Assembly: GCA_951406725.2 (NCBI GenBank)
Contig: OX597819.1
Coordinates: forward strand, 19,840,001-19,904,000
Source of the DNA: Octopus vulgaris
Taxonomy: Eukaryota
Reading direction: 5' to 3'
Length of the DNA: 64,000 bases
Below are positions 1 to 13,049 of this stretch, in pieces (position 1 is the first letter of the stretch; every line of letters starts with the position of its first letter). The notes under the pieces were generated by a model that ran no database searches, was not told where the DNA came from, and worked only from the letters and a program-made list of their open reading frames with translations. A program made the translations under genes and the position numbers.

Positions 1-77
1 ACAGACAAGCACGCACACCTATATGTGAGAGTGCATTTGCCTGTGTAAGTGTGTGTGTAATATTCATACATACATAA

Positions 78-650
78 GGCAGCGAGCTGGCAGAAACTTT
101 AGCACGCCGGGCAAAATGCTTAGTGGTATTTCGTCTGCCGCTACGTTCGGAGTTCAAATTCCGCCGAGCTCGACTTTGCCTTTCATTCTTTCGGGGTCGA
201 TTAAATAAGTACCAGTTAGTGGGGTCAATATAATCAACTTAATCCGTTTGTCTGTCCTTTTTTGTCATCTCTGTATTTAGCCCCTTGTGGGTAGTAAAGA
301 AATAGGTATTTCGTCTGCCGCTAGGTTCTGAGTTCAAATTCCACCGAGGTCGATTTTGCCTTTCATTCTTTCGGGATCGATTAAATAAGTACCAGTTACT
401 CACTGGGGCCGATATAATCGACTTAATCCGTTCGTCTGTCCTTGTTTGTCCTCTCTGTGTTTAGCCCCTTGTGGGTAGTAAAGAAATAGGATATATCTTC
501 TGCCGTTACGTTCTGAGTTCAAATTCCGCCGAGATCGACACTGCCTTTCATCGTTTCAGCGTCGATAAATTAAGTACCAGTTGCATACTGGGGTCGATTT
601 ATCGATTGACCCCCTCCCACCAAATTTCGAGCCTTGTGCCTAGAGTAGCA
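78..650 (+). mobile_element. tRNA-derived SINE (family B) with about three tandem ~180-bp internal units
   Basis: B-box-like GAGTTCAAATTCC and the core GCCTTTCATyCTTTCGGGGTCGAT..AAATAAGTACCAG recur at a ~180-bp period. The same family is seen elsewhere in the window. Confidence 0.8.
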
Positions 651-834
651 AAAATATTCATACACACAAATATACACAAACACAAACACGCACACATACA
701 CACACATACACACACACACACAGATTATTTTATTGGTTTCTTTTTTTACTTGTTTCAATCATTTCACCGCGGCCATGCCGAAGGGCTTCCTTGAAGGGTT
801 TGAGGTGAACAAATCGGCTCCAGGACATAATCGG

Positions 835-1004
835 TTTTTATTGTCGTCCTTTCTCTGGATCTTTCCTTCTCCAATGTTTCCGAGGAAGAGCTCCACTCGA
901 AACGTTAAACCCTCCTTCTTTCCTTCTTTCCTGAGTGCCCAATGATACTATATTTGTTCCACGTCCTCGCGTTGTTGAGTTTTTTTGTGCTTTCTTGTTT
1001 GGAT

Positions 1005-1008
<4 letters not shown>
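835..1008 (+). mobile_element. Penelope-like 3' terminal repeat fragment with degenerate hammerhead-like motif
   Basis: CCGAGGA-AGAG-CTCCA-CTC-GAAAC at 880-903. Ends in (TA)n. Homologous to 48716-48925 and 34350-34530. Confidence 0.6.
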
Positions 1009-1056
<48 letters not shown>

Positions 1057-1063
1057 TAATATT

Positions 1064-1110
<47 letters not shown>

Positions 1111-1213
1111 TATACATATATAATATTAATAATATATATATATATATATATATAGATATATATATATACATATATGCTTACTTATATATATATATGTAAA
1201 TATATATATATAA

Positions 1214-1249
<36 letters not shown>

Positions 1250-2099
1250 GTATATATCTATATACATATTCTGTTGTGTCTGGGGAGTGTTGTTTTGTTT
1301 TTGTACCTTATAATGTAACACACTCACAAGTAAAATTTGCACATTTTTTCTTATTTTTATTAAATTTTTGTTGCATCTTGCAACCTTTTCAAAAGTCTTG
1401 ACTATCAAAACACAACAGAATATGCTTCAACACACGAACTCATATAAAGAATCTTGCAAACCAAATGCAAAAACGATATATATATATATATATATATGAT
1501 TGCATAAAACCCCACACACTCACATACATAATCTCCGTACGCATACACACACACAATCACACACACACACACCCATACATATATATATATATATATATAT
1601 ATGCGTACAGATATTATGTATGTGAGTGTGTGGGTGTTTATGCAATTCATATATACAACGGTTAAAATTGTATGTGGACATTTTATTAGCATGTGATTTT
1701 TACCATTTATAGTCACTAGGTGATTTTTTCATTTATTATCAATAACAAGCTCTGCTGCGTCGTAGGAATTGTAGGGCTTCTTAACCGTTTTCCAATGCTT
1801 ATGAATGATGATATTCCTATGAACATGACACCAGGTCGTTGCTGGCTTCATTGTTAGCAAATTTCTGGTGAGGCAGCATTTCGATTACATGAAATCTGAG
1901 TACTTCGCTGGTACCTTATTTTAGCAATATCTTTGAATTCCTATGCAAAAGAGTCGGCCGAAGGAATGCTGCTACGTAATTCGTCCATATTGTTTACGAT
2001 TCTATCCACGGACTTATAAACATTATATCATTCGGAATACAGCATTTTAAAAACATATCTTTATAATAATTACTGTATCATTCAATTATATATATATAG

Positions 2100-2290
2100 G
2101 TAGAATTCACGAAAAAAACAAAATACGAAGACAGGTGGTGTAGAAAACAAACAGATGTATTAGTATAATGCTCGGGAATTGAAATAGTCGTTTACGTTTC
2201 GAGCCTACGCTCTTCCACAAAAAGGAACACAGAAAGAAAAAAGGAGAGAAAAAATGTGTGTAGTGGCTACCGATCTATCATGGCGACCAT
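2100..2290 (-). mobile_element. Penelope-like 3' terminal repeat, solo copy in (TA)n
   Basis: Closely similar to 16979-17170, which lies downstream of a GIY-YIG remnant. Contains GAAGAGCGTAGGCTCGAAACG on the minus strand. Confidence 0.7.
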
Positions 2291-3603
2291 ATATATATAT
2301 ATTATGTAGACAAATATAAACTGGGACAAGAACGTAAAATATTTAGAAGACGATATAAAAAACACGGACGGGACATTCAAAGCCTTCAATCTTCAGTCAA
2401 GAACCGGATCATCCTAGCAATTTCGGCTGATTAATCTTGAGATCGCTCCGATCCGGCCAGCCCCAAGGAAAAACTAAGCTACGAGCATTAGATTTTTTGG
2501 AAAAAGGATCGAATGTATACGAAACAAGAACAGAAAAACGGACGATGCCACACGAATATAAATACAAAAAACAATAATAGTAATAACAGGACAAAAACAG
2601 CGGGTGTCTTACGACTATAGACAGTACAACTTAGTTTAGCCGGCGTATTTGGAAAAAAATGTTTTTTACGGCAGACGAAGACAACGATATTCTCGTGGCG
2701 CTGGTAAGAAGCCGAAAGGCTGGTTGACCAGCGGTATATATATCTTTATATCGTTTATATCTGGTATTCTGTGACAGTGGTGGAAAAACATGGCCTATAC
2801 AACTAAAGTGTATATTCAATTTTTCCCGCCCGCACATAAGCAAAGACGCTCTCTCTCTCTCTCACTCACACACACGCGCACACATACACACACAGATATG
2901 TGTATATATATATATATATCAAAACTCATTTACTTCAGATGTCACTCGTAGGCATCTAACCCCTATCCATGTGTATGCAGAGAGAATCGAAACGGTCATT
3001 CTTTCGTTGAAATATATAAATATCATAAAAGCCGCAAATGTAAACTGACATATGAATACTTCAGTACGGCGTAAATCATATTTATGAAAAGATGTTTACG
3101 GAAATAAGTTAGAATAAATATATTTTCCTCTTTTTGTTTATATACGAGAAAGAGACGTTGAATGTCTTTTACCAAATCGCGATGTCTGACATTTTAAAAT
3201 GTCGGAATTACTCGGAAAGAAATATGCACACGTTAACATTTATTAAATATGCCTTCCATAAAATGCTTCAATGTAAAAAAAATCAGTATAATAAAAACTA
3301 ATAATAATATCACCGTGTTTTAGTAAATTACGGTTTCAAAATTTAAGCGAGATCATGGTAATGCGTTTTCATTTTATTTTCCTTTTTTCAGCTTTTGATG
3401 GACTTCAGAAAATTAAAATGTAAAATCAAATCGGGCAGCATGCGAGTAGTTAATTTACGTCAATAAATAATTTACTGTAAAATGATATGCTGGAAATAGA
3501 GGACAAATGTTCCTCACCATGCAGCCTCATATCCGAAAAAAGTGAAATGACACGCAACACATATGCCTATATATGTACACATACACACATATACTTCACA
3601 TGT

Positions 3604-3636
<33 letters not shown>

Positions 3637-3639
3637 TAT

Positions 3640-4033
3640 AGGTGCAGGAGTGGCTGTGTGGTAAGTTGCTTGCTAACCAACCACATGGTTCCGGGTTCAG
3701 TCCCACTGCGTGGCATCTTGGGCAAGTGTCTTCTGCTATAGCCCCGGCCCGACCAATGCCTTGTGAGTAGATTTCGTAGATGGAAACTGAAAGAAGCCTG
3801 TCGTGTATATGTATATATATGTGTGTTTGTGTTTGTCCCGCTAGCATTGCTTGACAACCGATGCTGGTCTGTTTATGTCCCCGTCACCTAGCGGTTCGGC
3901 AAAAGAGACCGATAGAATATGTACTGGGCTTACAAAAGAATAAGTCCCGGGGTCGATTTGCTCGACTAAAGGCGGTGCTCCAGCATGGCCGCAGTCAAAT
4001 GACTGAAACAAGTAAAAGAGTAAAGAGTAAAGA
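3640..4033 (+). mobile_element. tRNA-derived CORE-like SINE (family A), full length
   Basis: Head TGGCTGTGTGGT..GGGTTCAGTCCC, CORE-like CTTGGGCAAGTGTCTT, tail GGCGGTGCTCCAGCATGGCCGCAG and (AGAGTAA)n end. Many copies in the window. Confidence 0.8.
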
Positions 4034-4169
4034 GTATATATATATATAGATACGCATACAACAGGAATGCACTGTTTTGGCGTCAGAGCTTTTTTACACA
4101 AACCTATAGACATTCAAAAATACAAGCATATACATATTTAAGACCAGGTACATGTATAATTATATATGA

Positions 4170-4226
<57 letters not shown>

Positions 4227-4689
4227 GCTTACATGCATATATACAGATGAAAAAACACCAGAGATTCTTTGCTCTATGCAGAAACTGTCGGGGCTGCTAA
4301 GAGATTTTGCAAATCTACTAAATCGATCGCAATACTTGTGAGAGGGGCACCCAAAACTGGTCTTCTCTTTACGATAGTTTTACAACGCTGGCCTCGTATG
4401 AACGTTAGTCAATTTCAAGCCATTTTAGCTGCCGCTTCTATCTCATTCACAATATTCTTCAGTTGTCTGGTTTCCAGACATATTTTGTGCTGGAAATAGC
4501 GCACTCATCTAGCTAGAATGTGTGTGGTAGCTGACTTCAATAGAGAATGATACCGTTTGACAAACCATGACAAGGGCCTCGTCGAACGAGTCGTGATATC
4601 TCCTTCCTTTGCAATGGTGAGAATTTCGGGAATGTCCCCACAGAGTAGTGAGGATACCAGCCCTATGGTTATGTATATCATTATTCAGT

Positions 4690-5390
4690 GTTATTTCAAA
4701 ATATCTTGCCAATAGTGAAGGAGCTGGTTTCTAACCTAGATGCAAGGCTCCATTCTTTGGAATTTCAACATCAGCAACAGGGTAATTCTGTTTTAATTTA
4801 TTTATGTGTGTATGTATGTATGTATTTGTATATATGTGCAGAATTGCATACTTTGTTTTATGTATGTATTCTCATGCATATAGTCTCATATGAAGACGTG
4901 CTCATATATACGTAAGTGATGAGCATCTGGAAAATTTTAGATATTGTTACAATTCCAATGAAGGTTTAGATCTTTAGTCTGCGGATTAGCTTTCTTCTAA
5001 TTACTGAAGATTGATAGTTAGGCAGCGTGTCACATATCCCAGGGCACCAGTAGTCACAGTTATACATATGAACTTGTAATCTGGATAGTTTAACTGCAGA
5101 GTTCTCAATAGTTCAGCATAGGTGTTCTCTTTTTCACTGATCTTCAGCATTATGTTAACAACAGCTGAGCAGCTAATATCCACAACAAGTAGACAGCTTC
5201 TCTTCCCTATTCCAAGTCATTATATCATGTCCGTTGTGTTTACCTTTTAATGAAGTCTTCACGGGTATGTTCCACCGGTATTCCTTTTTATTATGAGAGA
5301 CTATGGTTCCATCATACTGAGTTCTTATTTCTTTGTCCTCGGGTATAACTTGCCGACAGGTTTCATTATAGAGTGTCCTAGCTAGACGTA
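4690..5390 (-). mobile_element. Degraded 3' end of a REL-endonuclease non-LTR retrotransposon (R4/NeSL-like)
   Basis: ORF 5001-5183 reads DISC..EKENTYAELLR...TTGALG, matching the REL C-terminal pattern. The 3' UTR is homologous to 7786-8075. Confidence 0.6.
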
Positions 5391-5429
5391 TGCATTTTCA
5401 TTTCATTTCATTTGAATTTGAGTCCATGC

Positions 5430-7046
5430 TCAGGCCAAGTCGAAGACTCCACCCTCAGAGTCTGGTGTGGTTGCCAGGTTGTATTCTCTGTTTAATTTTG
5501 ACATGTGTAGGAGCGAGTTTGAGTCAGTTTGTGCTCGTTGTGTATATCCTGGGAGATGGGGTTCATCTCTAATGGTGCTTAAGTATCTATCCAGCTGCAA
5601 TTTGAATGATTCCACACTGCATCCTGATAGATTTCTGACATGTACCGGAATGGAGTTGAATAGTTGTGCTCCTCGAACCAACAGACTTGATTCTGGCAGG
5701 GTTTTTGCTGCCTGGCCAGCCTTTTTGTTGATTGGTGGTAGCTGGCAGCGTTTTCCGTGGCGCAGTGAGTGGTAGGTTTTGATACCAAAGTTTGGCACCT
5801 TTTGCTCTATCATTTTCCAAATGTATATAATTCGGTATCGCTCAAATCTTCTTTCTATTGAGTACATCCTCAAGGTTTTGAGTCTTTGCCAATAGTCCAG
5901 GTCCCTCGTTTCTGAGAAGTATGAGGTAAAATTTCTTTGGAGCGATTCCATCTTAGATAGTTGGCCCTTTGTTGTTGGTGACCACAATTGAGAACAGTAG
6001 TCAATCCTCGGAAGTATCATACTGTCCCAGAGGGTTTTCATTGCTGAGGTATCTCTTGATTTGAAGGTGCGCAAGATCCACCCGCTGTACTTTCTTGCAG
6101 TAAGACAGACTGAGTCAAGGTGTTCTCTGAATTTTAGGCTGGTTCCCATGTGGATGCCTAAATCTTTCACATACTGTTTTTCCATTATTTGTTGTCCTGA
6201 TGGGTTTCTGTAGTTTGTTGTATTTTTCAGATCTTGATCTGTTCCGTAGCAAATTAGTTCAAACTTCTTATCCTTGAACAACATGTTGTTTGTTTCCTGC
6301 CATTTATATATGGTGGTCAGGTCCTTTTGTAAGGCCTCTGTATCCACCTCGTCTTTGATTTGTCTCATGACCCTGGTGTCATCAGCAAAGGATGAGAGGT
6401 TGCTGGTTGTATCTTCATCTATGTCAGAGATGAGGATGAGAAACAGGATTGGGCCGAGTACTGTACCCTGAGGAACACTGCTGGTCACAGGTGATGGTGT
6501 TGAATGGGTTCCATTCACAGTGACTGTTTGAGTTCTATTTGTAAGGAACTCATGTATCCATGTACCAACTTTTCCTCCTACTCCTAGCTTTCGAAGTTTG
6601 TGACCCAGGATGCCATGATCTACCTTGTCAAATGCCTTGGCAAAGTCGAGGTAAATAACATCTGTGTTGTATCCATTCTCTAGATTTTCTAGGATTTGGT
6701 CATGGTGTGCCAGTAGTTGGGAAAGACATGATCTACCTAACCTGAATCCATGCTGGTTGCAATTCATCAGATTGTTGGATTCCAGGAACTCAACCAGTTT
6801 TCCACGAACTATTCTTTCGAAGACCTTGATAATGTGTGATGTCAGTGAGATTGGTCGGTAGTTCTTTGGTTTTGATTTGCTGTCCCCTTTATGTAGTGGA
6901 GTTATGTGTGCCTCTTTATATGTATTTGGGATTTTGCCATTCTCCATAGATTCCCTCCATATCATGTAAAGGAGTTTCAACAATTGTACCTTGCAGTTTT
7001 TAAGTATCATGGCATTGAAACCGTCAGGCCCCACAGCCGAGTGCAT
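5430..7046 (-). CDS. LINE ORF2 reverse transcriptase portion (open for 538 codons)
   Basis: Motifs GPDG, NYRPISLTS, QHGFR, YLDFAKAFDKVDH, VPQGTVLGPILF, FADDT, KDLGI, YCSQLWSP. Confidence 0.9.
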   Translation of the reverse strand: MHSAVGPDGFNAMILKNCKVQLLKLLYMIWRESMENGKIPNTYKEAHITPLHKGDSKSKPKNYRPISLTSHIIKVFERIVRGKLVEFLESNNLMNCNQHGFRLGRSCLSQLLAHHDQILENLENGYNTDVIYLDFAKAFDKVDHGILGHKLRKLGVGGKVGTWIHEFLTNRTQTVTVNGTHSTPSPVTSSVPQGTVLGPILFLILISDIDEDTTSNLSSFADDTRVMRQIKDEVDTEALQKDLTTIYKWQETNNMLFKDKKFELICYGTDQDLKNTTNYRNPSGQQIMEKQYVKDLGIHMGTSLKFREHLDSVCLTARKYSGWILRTFKSRDTSAMKTLWDSMILPRIDYCSQLWSPTTKGQLSKMESLQRNFTSYFSETRDLDYWQRLKTLRMYSIERRFERYRIIYIWKMIEQKVPNFGIKTYHSLRHGKRCQLPPINKKAGQAAKTLPESSLLVRGAQLFNSIPVHVRNLSGCSVESFKLQLDRYLSTIRDEPHLPGYTQRAQTDSNSLLHMSKLNREYNLATTPDSEGGVFDLA

Positions 7047-7069
7047 GGAGAGCTTGTCTATGGCTCTTT

Positions 7070-7785
7070 CTATGGGTTGAAATCAATGTCGGATAGGGTA
7101 GGTTTAGTATGGTCGATATCCTTGAAGAATTTTCCTGGGTCATGGATCTTCATGGTTTTAGATGGCTCACTGAAGACACTTTCATACTGTTGACCCAACA
7201 TTTCTGCCATTTCAATAGGGTTATTCATTACATCCCCATTTTGTCTCTGGAGAGGTTCTATTGTTGACTTGGTATTCGAGTATTTCTTTGCAAAACTGTA
7301 GAAACATTTTGGATTTTTCTTGATGTTTTCTATGGCTCTCTTTTCTGCATTGTTACGTTCTTCATCATAGTGTTGTTTTATATTGTCTTCTAATCTGTAT
7401 ATTTGGTCAAGGACTTTCTGTGATTCATGTTTTGATGTCAGCTTAGATGTTTTTTTTCTTAGTCTTGACCTTTTACGCATCAGGATCTTTCGCTCCCGTG
7501 GTACAGGTTTTTTTGTGGATTTGGTTTTCTTAAGAGGAATATTTTTTGCACATATTTCTTCGATCTTGTTTAAGAATTTCTTGTGTTTATCTGGCCCAGT
7601 AAGGTAGAGATCCCAGTCAATGATTTGTAACTGGTTGTTAATAGTTTCCCAATTTGCCTGGTGACAATCATACCTGCATAGCTTTGGCATGTCCTTTTGT
7701 TTAAGAGTTGTGGCATTGGGCTCATTACCAATGTGTAAATGCATTTCAATAATATTGTGGTCTGAAAGGATTGTTATTATTTGGT
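7070..7785 (-). pseudogene. LINE ORF2 upstream portion (end of endonuclease plus linker), frameshifted relative to the RT ORF
   Basis: Contains LSDHNII, ANWETI and KKNPKCFYSF, typical of the CR1/L2-type linker. Confidence 0.8.
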
Positions 7786-8075
7786 TTATTTCAAGATTTC
7801 TTTCCAAAAGAGATAGAAACGGTTTCTAACCTAGATTCACGATTATTTCATTTGAATTTCAACTTCAACAACAAGGTATCTTTTGTATGTATGTATTTAT
7901 GTATGTATATGCAGATTTGTATGTTTTATGTATGTATACTCATGTATATAGTTATATATCATGGCATGCTCATATATATTTAAAGGATAAACTTCTAGAA
8001 ACTTTTAGAGATTTTTACAGTTCCAGTGATGGATTGGATCTGTAGTCTTCCAATTTGCTTTCTCCTTTCTTTGAG
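7786..8075 (-). mobile_element. Second 3'-end fragment of the REL-type element
   Basis: Colinear similarity with 4690-5000 (GGTTTCTAACCTAGAT, GAATTTCAAC, CTCATATATA). Confidence 0.65.
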
Positions 8076-8619
8076 TTTAATGGGGAAGGATTTAAAATTA
8101 AAAGAAAATCACAATGGAGACAATACTTGAACTTATATAAAGGATAATAACAAGACTTGTGTCAATAAAGATAAGGGGATTAATAATATAAATATAAATA
8201 AATTCTAATTTATATCATTTTATATCATTTTATATCACCACAAGTATATATTTAATTTTTTTTAACCCTATATATTATTAATTTTATATTTATAGACATA
8301 AGTTACGTAAGAACATAGTTTTTGTAAATGTTTATCTTTATTCCTATTTTTATGACTTGGCCACACTGAACGCTAAAATCCCAGAGTATTTTGTAACGTT
8401 CGTTTACATTTACTCCGGCTGCTTCTTTCTTCAATCCCGTCTTGTGTCTATCGAATGATATTTATCTTTCATTTGATGCAGTACTTTTTGTTGATTCCAT
8501 CAATAATGGAACACTAAATCCTATTTTTTGCTGTGTATTTGTATGCATGTGTGTGCGTGTGTGTGTGTGTATGTGTGCTTGTATGCGTTAAATATATATT
8601 AATATGTGTGAGGGTATGT

Positions 8620-9025
8620 GTATCATTTTATCTTTTTACAGTTCCAATCACTAGACTGGGACCATGCTGGAGCTTTGCGTTGAAAGGTTTTACTCGAATG
8701 ACTCAAACCCTGTAATTATTTCTTTGAAGTTTGGTACTTATTTTATCAATACATTTTGCGGAACCACTATGTTGCAGACGTGTAAACACACCAACATTGT
8801 TTGTCAAGCGGGGGTTGGGAACGCACACACACACACACGCACACACACACACACATGCACATATATATATACGACTGGCTTGTTTAAGTTTCCGACTACC
8901 AAATCCACTCACAAGGCTTTGGTCTACCCCAGGTTAAAGCTGAAGACAATTGCTCATGTTCCTACGCAGTGGGACTGAACTCGATATCATGTGGTTGAAA
9001 ATCACGTTACTTACCACACAAACGC
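8620..9025 (-). mobile_element. SINE family A, diverged copy
   Basis: Reverse-complement similarity to 3640-4033 (AAATCCACTCACAAGGCTTTGGT, CGCAGTGGGACTGAAC). Confidence 0.7.
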
Positions 9026-9059
9026 ATATATATAGCTACATTTATACACCCCCACCCAC

Positions 9060-9151
<92 letters not shown>

Positions 9152-9424
9152 ATATATATATGTATATATGGATACATGAAAGAATGGAGTCGAACGGAGA
9201 TGTTAACAAAATTCCTTTACTCTCGACACATGTTTCGAAGACAGCATATTTTCATTCCGAAGGAATAAAGGGTGCATAATGCACCCTTTTCTGGCGTGAA
9301 TTTGCTACCCAGGTTTCGGTTAAACGAATTTTCCATGCTGACGATAAACATAGGATAATTCGTTCACCTACTCATATATATATATATGTATATATATACA
9401 CACATATGCATATATACATATATA

Positions 9425-9497
<73 letters not shown>

Positions 9498-10923
9498 GCA
9501 CATATCTACCGGCGTTTGGTAGTGGATATGTACTGATGCTTTGAAGCCCACCGAATGCAGAACTTTAAGAACTTACCGATGAATGTTTTGTTTAGTGTTA
9601 GCTTGTTATTTATTATTGCAGATTTTTAAAAAAATCCATAAGCAGTTCCATTTCTTTACGATTCATTTAACGGAAAAATCTGGGTTAATATAATACGATA
9701 TGGATTTTGTCTGTTTTTAATAGTTTTCAAACTGCCGTCAACATCTCCATCACTTGCATCTCTGTGTCTTTCTCTGTCTGTCTCCTGGTGTGAAGCAATA
9801 TCGGGTTACCTCCACGTAACCCAATATGCCAGAATGAGACATGCAGACAAAGAAAAACTGGAAAGGTTAAATAGCGAATTAAAAAGGAGAAAACGAATTT
9901 TCATTTCACACAAATACACTGGCGCCATTGTCGCATAAACGGAAAGACACCTTTATTGAATATGCTGCTGGGACTTACTGCTGATCTCTTCATTAACACA
10001 GAATATGTCACACATAAAAGGGACACACCAAAGCTAATACAGATATTGGTTACTTCATTGAAAGAGCAACATGTCATATATTCATTGTAGAATTCATAGT
10101 ATACACTAAATTTCTACTTCATTGTTTGATGGTCTATGTTGCTCTTTTGAATTCAGGGGTCATACAGTGCAAGATATTTCATAGAAAATGAAACATTTGG
10201 TAACATTACAATAAGGTCAAAAAAGAAAATAATAATAATAATAAAATAACCAGAACAAATGTAACTGTAAACCACAGGATTTATGGAGTAATTCCCTTTG
10301 AGTATGTTCGAAACGACGTGATATGTAAACAAGTACACACGGACAGATGAAGATTTTATCAAAGAAGTTTGAGTTTGACATTTCTATCTCACGACTCGCA
10401 CGCATGATAGATTTTGCTGTACTTGCACCATACGTTTCTAGTATTCAGGTATTGTCGACGTCGGCGGTCTACGTTTCTTGCCGACTTTTTCAACTGTTTC
10501 ATCTAATTCGATGGATGGTAAGGCACGTTGAGAGATCAGTTTAACGCTGTCCAGTTAAAAAGTCCTTGCACTTCGATTGCGTTCTCACACTTCCAATTGG
10601 ACTTTAGGCCATATATCCCATATTTGCTCTCGTTTTTTTTCTCTTCATTTCTCATGTGTCAACGTTCTGATTCGTAAAATGAATAGACAATGTGCTCGGA
10701 AACACAAAATCCCATTTAGACCAACATCTTCGAACTAAGAAATTTTTACTAGTTCGTGTCTTTATACAGTGTACATTTAAAGATATATATCTTGCCCTGG
10801 ATGGAATACTTCTTTTCCATCATAACACAATAGTAGACTCTCTCTCTCTCCCATTTCTCACTCTGTACACCCACACACGCACATAAATACGCACACAACA
10901 CTCCTACACACACAAACGTATAT

Positions 10924-10978
<55 letters not shown>

Positions 10979-11033
10979 CAAACACGTATATATGCATATA
11001 TATATACATATATATAAATATGTACATATATAC

Positions 11034-11067
<34 letters not shown>

Positions 11068-11279
11068 ATATTTATGTATATATATAAATATATATTCATA
11101 TATATATATATTTATAGGTATATATACATATATATTTATACATATGTATATATATATACATACATATATATACATATATATATATGTATATATATATATA
11201 CAAATATATATATATATATGTATATCTATATATATATATATATATGTATATATATAGATGTATATACATATATATATAT

Positions 11280-11321
<42 letters not shown>

Positions 11322-11600
11322 CAACAATTGAGGGTAAAATTAATTAATTAATTATTAATCAATATCACCAAGTGTTCAGTATGTAAAGGGACCGTTTAAG
11401 GCGAATTCAAATTATTACATTATATAAAAGGGCTTAGTAAAATAAATTACTTTGCCACATACTGAACTCATTAGAAATAGTAGCTAAAAAAACTTTTTTT
11501 AAAACTATTTCTAATACTTAAAGAAAATCTCTCTCATATAGTGCTTGCTCAATTCAACTCACGAAAGTATGGGGGTAAAGACATTAAAAAATCAAATGCA

Positions 11601-11671
11601 AAGGTTATTTGAGAACGTACGTTTCAAGATTAGTCAAACTCGACATTTCTATCATCAGCTCAGAACTCCTT
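11601..11671 (-). ncRNA. Type I hammerhead ribozyme (R1 unit 1)
   Basis: Minus strand reads TGAG-CTGATGA-(stem II AGA..GTC/GAC..TCT)-GAAAC-GTAC-GTT-CTCA. Stem I is TGAG/CTCA plus AAGG/CCTT. Confidence 0.7.
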
Positions 11672-12165
11672 GGTTTGGATTTCAAAACACTGTAAGTGGG
11701 AGCATACCCTTTCGGCTTCTAATCGCTTCTGAAGATCTGCTCGAAACTAACAGTGCCAGCAAACCCAAAATATGCAAGCGAAGAATTTCTGCTCTCCCCT
11801 TTCCACCAGCGTGGGTTAAAATCAGCAAACACTATGTTTTTTCGGTAAATCCGAAAACATTAAATAGAGAGAGATGAATTATAATTTCAACAATTGAGGG
11901 TAAAATTAATTAATTAATTATTAATCAATATCACCAAGTGTTCAGTATGTAAAGGGACCGTTTAAGGCGAATTCAAATTATTACATTATATAAAAGGGCT
12001 TAGTAAAATAAATTACTTTGCCACATACTGAACTCATTAGAAATAGTAGCTAAAAAAACTTTTTTAAAACTATTTCTAATACTTAAAGAAAATCTCTCTC
12101 ATATAGTGCTTGCTCAATTCAACTCACAAAAGTATGGTGGTAAAGACATTAAAAAATCAAATGCA

Positions 12166-12236
12166 AAGGTTATTTGAGAACGTACGTTTCAAGATTAGTC
12201 AAACTCGACATTTCTATCATCAGCTCAGAACTCCTT
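12166..12236 (-). ncRNA. Type I hammerhead ribozyme (R1 unit 2)
   Basis: Same sequence as 11601-11671. Confidence 0.7.
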
Positions 12237-13049
12237 GGTTTGGATTTGAAAACACTGAAAGTGGGAGCATACCCTTTCGGCTTCTAATCGCTTCTGAAGA
12301 TCTGCTCGAAACTAACAGTGCCAGCAAACCCAAAATATGCAAGCGAAGGATTTCTGCTCTCCCTTTCCACCAGCGTGGGTTAAAATCAGCAAACACTATG
12401 TTTTTTCGGTAAATCCGAAAACATTAAATAGAGAGAGATGAATTATAATTTCAACAATTGAGGGAAAAATTAATTAATTAATTATTAATCAATATCACCA
12501 AGTGTTCAGTATGTAAAGGGACTAATCTTGAAATGTACGTTTTCAAATATCCTTTGCATTTGATTTTTTAATGTCTTTACCCCCATACTTTCGTGAGTTG
12601 AATTGAGCAAGCACTATATGAGAGAGATTTTCTTTAAGTATTAGAAATAGTTTTAAAAAAAGTTTTTTTAGCTACTATTTCTAATGAGTTCAGTATGTGG
12701 CAAAGTAATTTATTTTACTAAGCCCTTTTATATAATGTAATAATTTGAATTCGCCTTAAACGGTCCCTTTACATACTGAACACTTGGTGATATTGATTAA
12801 TAATTAATTAATTAATTTTACCCTCAATTGTTGAAATTATAATTCATCTCTCTCTATTTAATGTTTTCGGATTTACCGAAAAAACATAGTGTTTGCTGAT
12901 TTTAACCCACGCTGGTGGAAAGGGGAGAGCAGAAATCCTTCGCTTGCATATTTTGGGTTTGCTGGCACTGTTAGTTTCGAGCAGATCTTCAGAAGCGATT
13001 AGAAGCCGAAAGGGTATGCTCCCACTTTCAGTGTTTTCAAATCCAAACC

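Larger units (their letters stand above)
5393..7785 (-). mobile_element. 5'-truncated CR1-group LINE retrotransposon
   Basis: End of the APE domain (SDH), linker, RT and C-terminal domain. Short 3' UTR with a (GAAAT)n tail. One frameshift near 7050-7075. Confidence 0.92.

Noticed and set aside
2310-2740. Repeat-like insert with CTGAAGA on the minus strand as a hammerhead
   Set aside because: GAAAC and the stems are not recoverable. Probably a mobile remnant, but unassignable.
11729-11760. Possible opposite-strand hammerhead CTGAAGA-TCTGCTC-GAAAC in R1, which would be a viroid-like ambisense pair
   Set aside because: No stem II pairing, no NUH triplet, weak stem I, and GAAAC is mutated in both copies at the 56 kb locus.
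11545-11877. Repeated 100-110 aa ORFs (MLNSTHES...) in R1 units, also at 12110, 12844 and 56092
   Set aside because: They start at TTG, frameshift between copies, have no recognisable domain and run antisense to the ribozyme.
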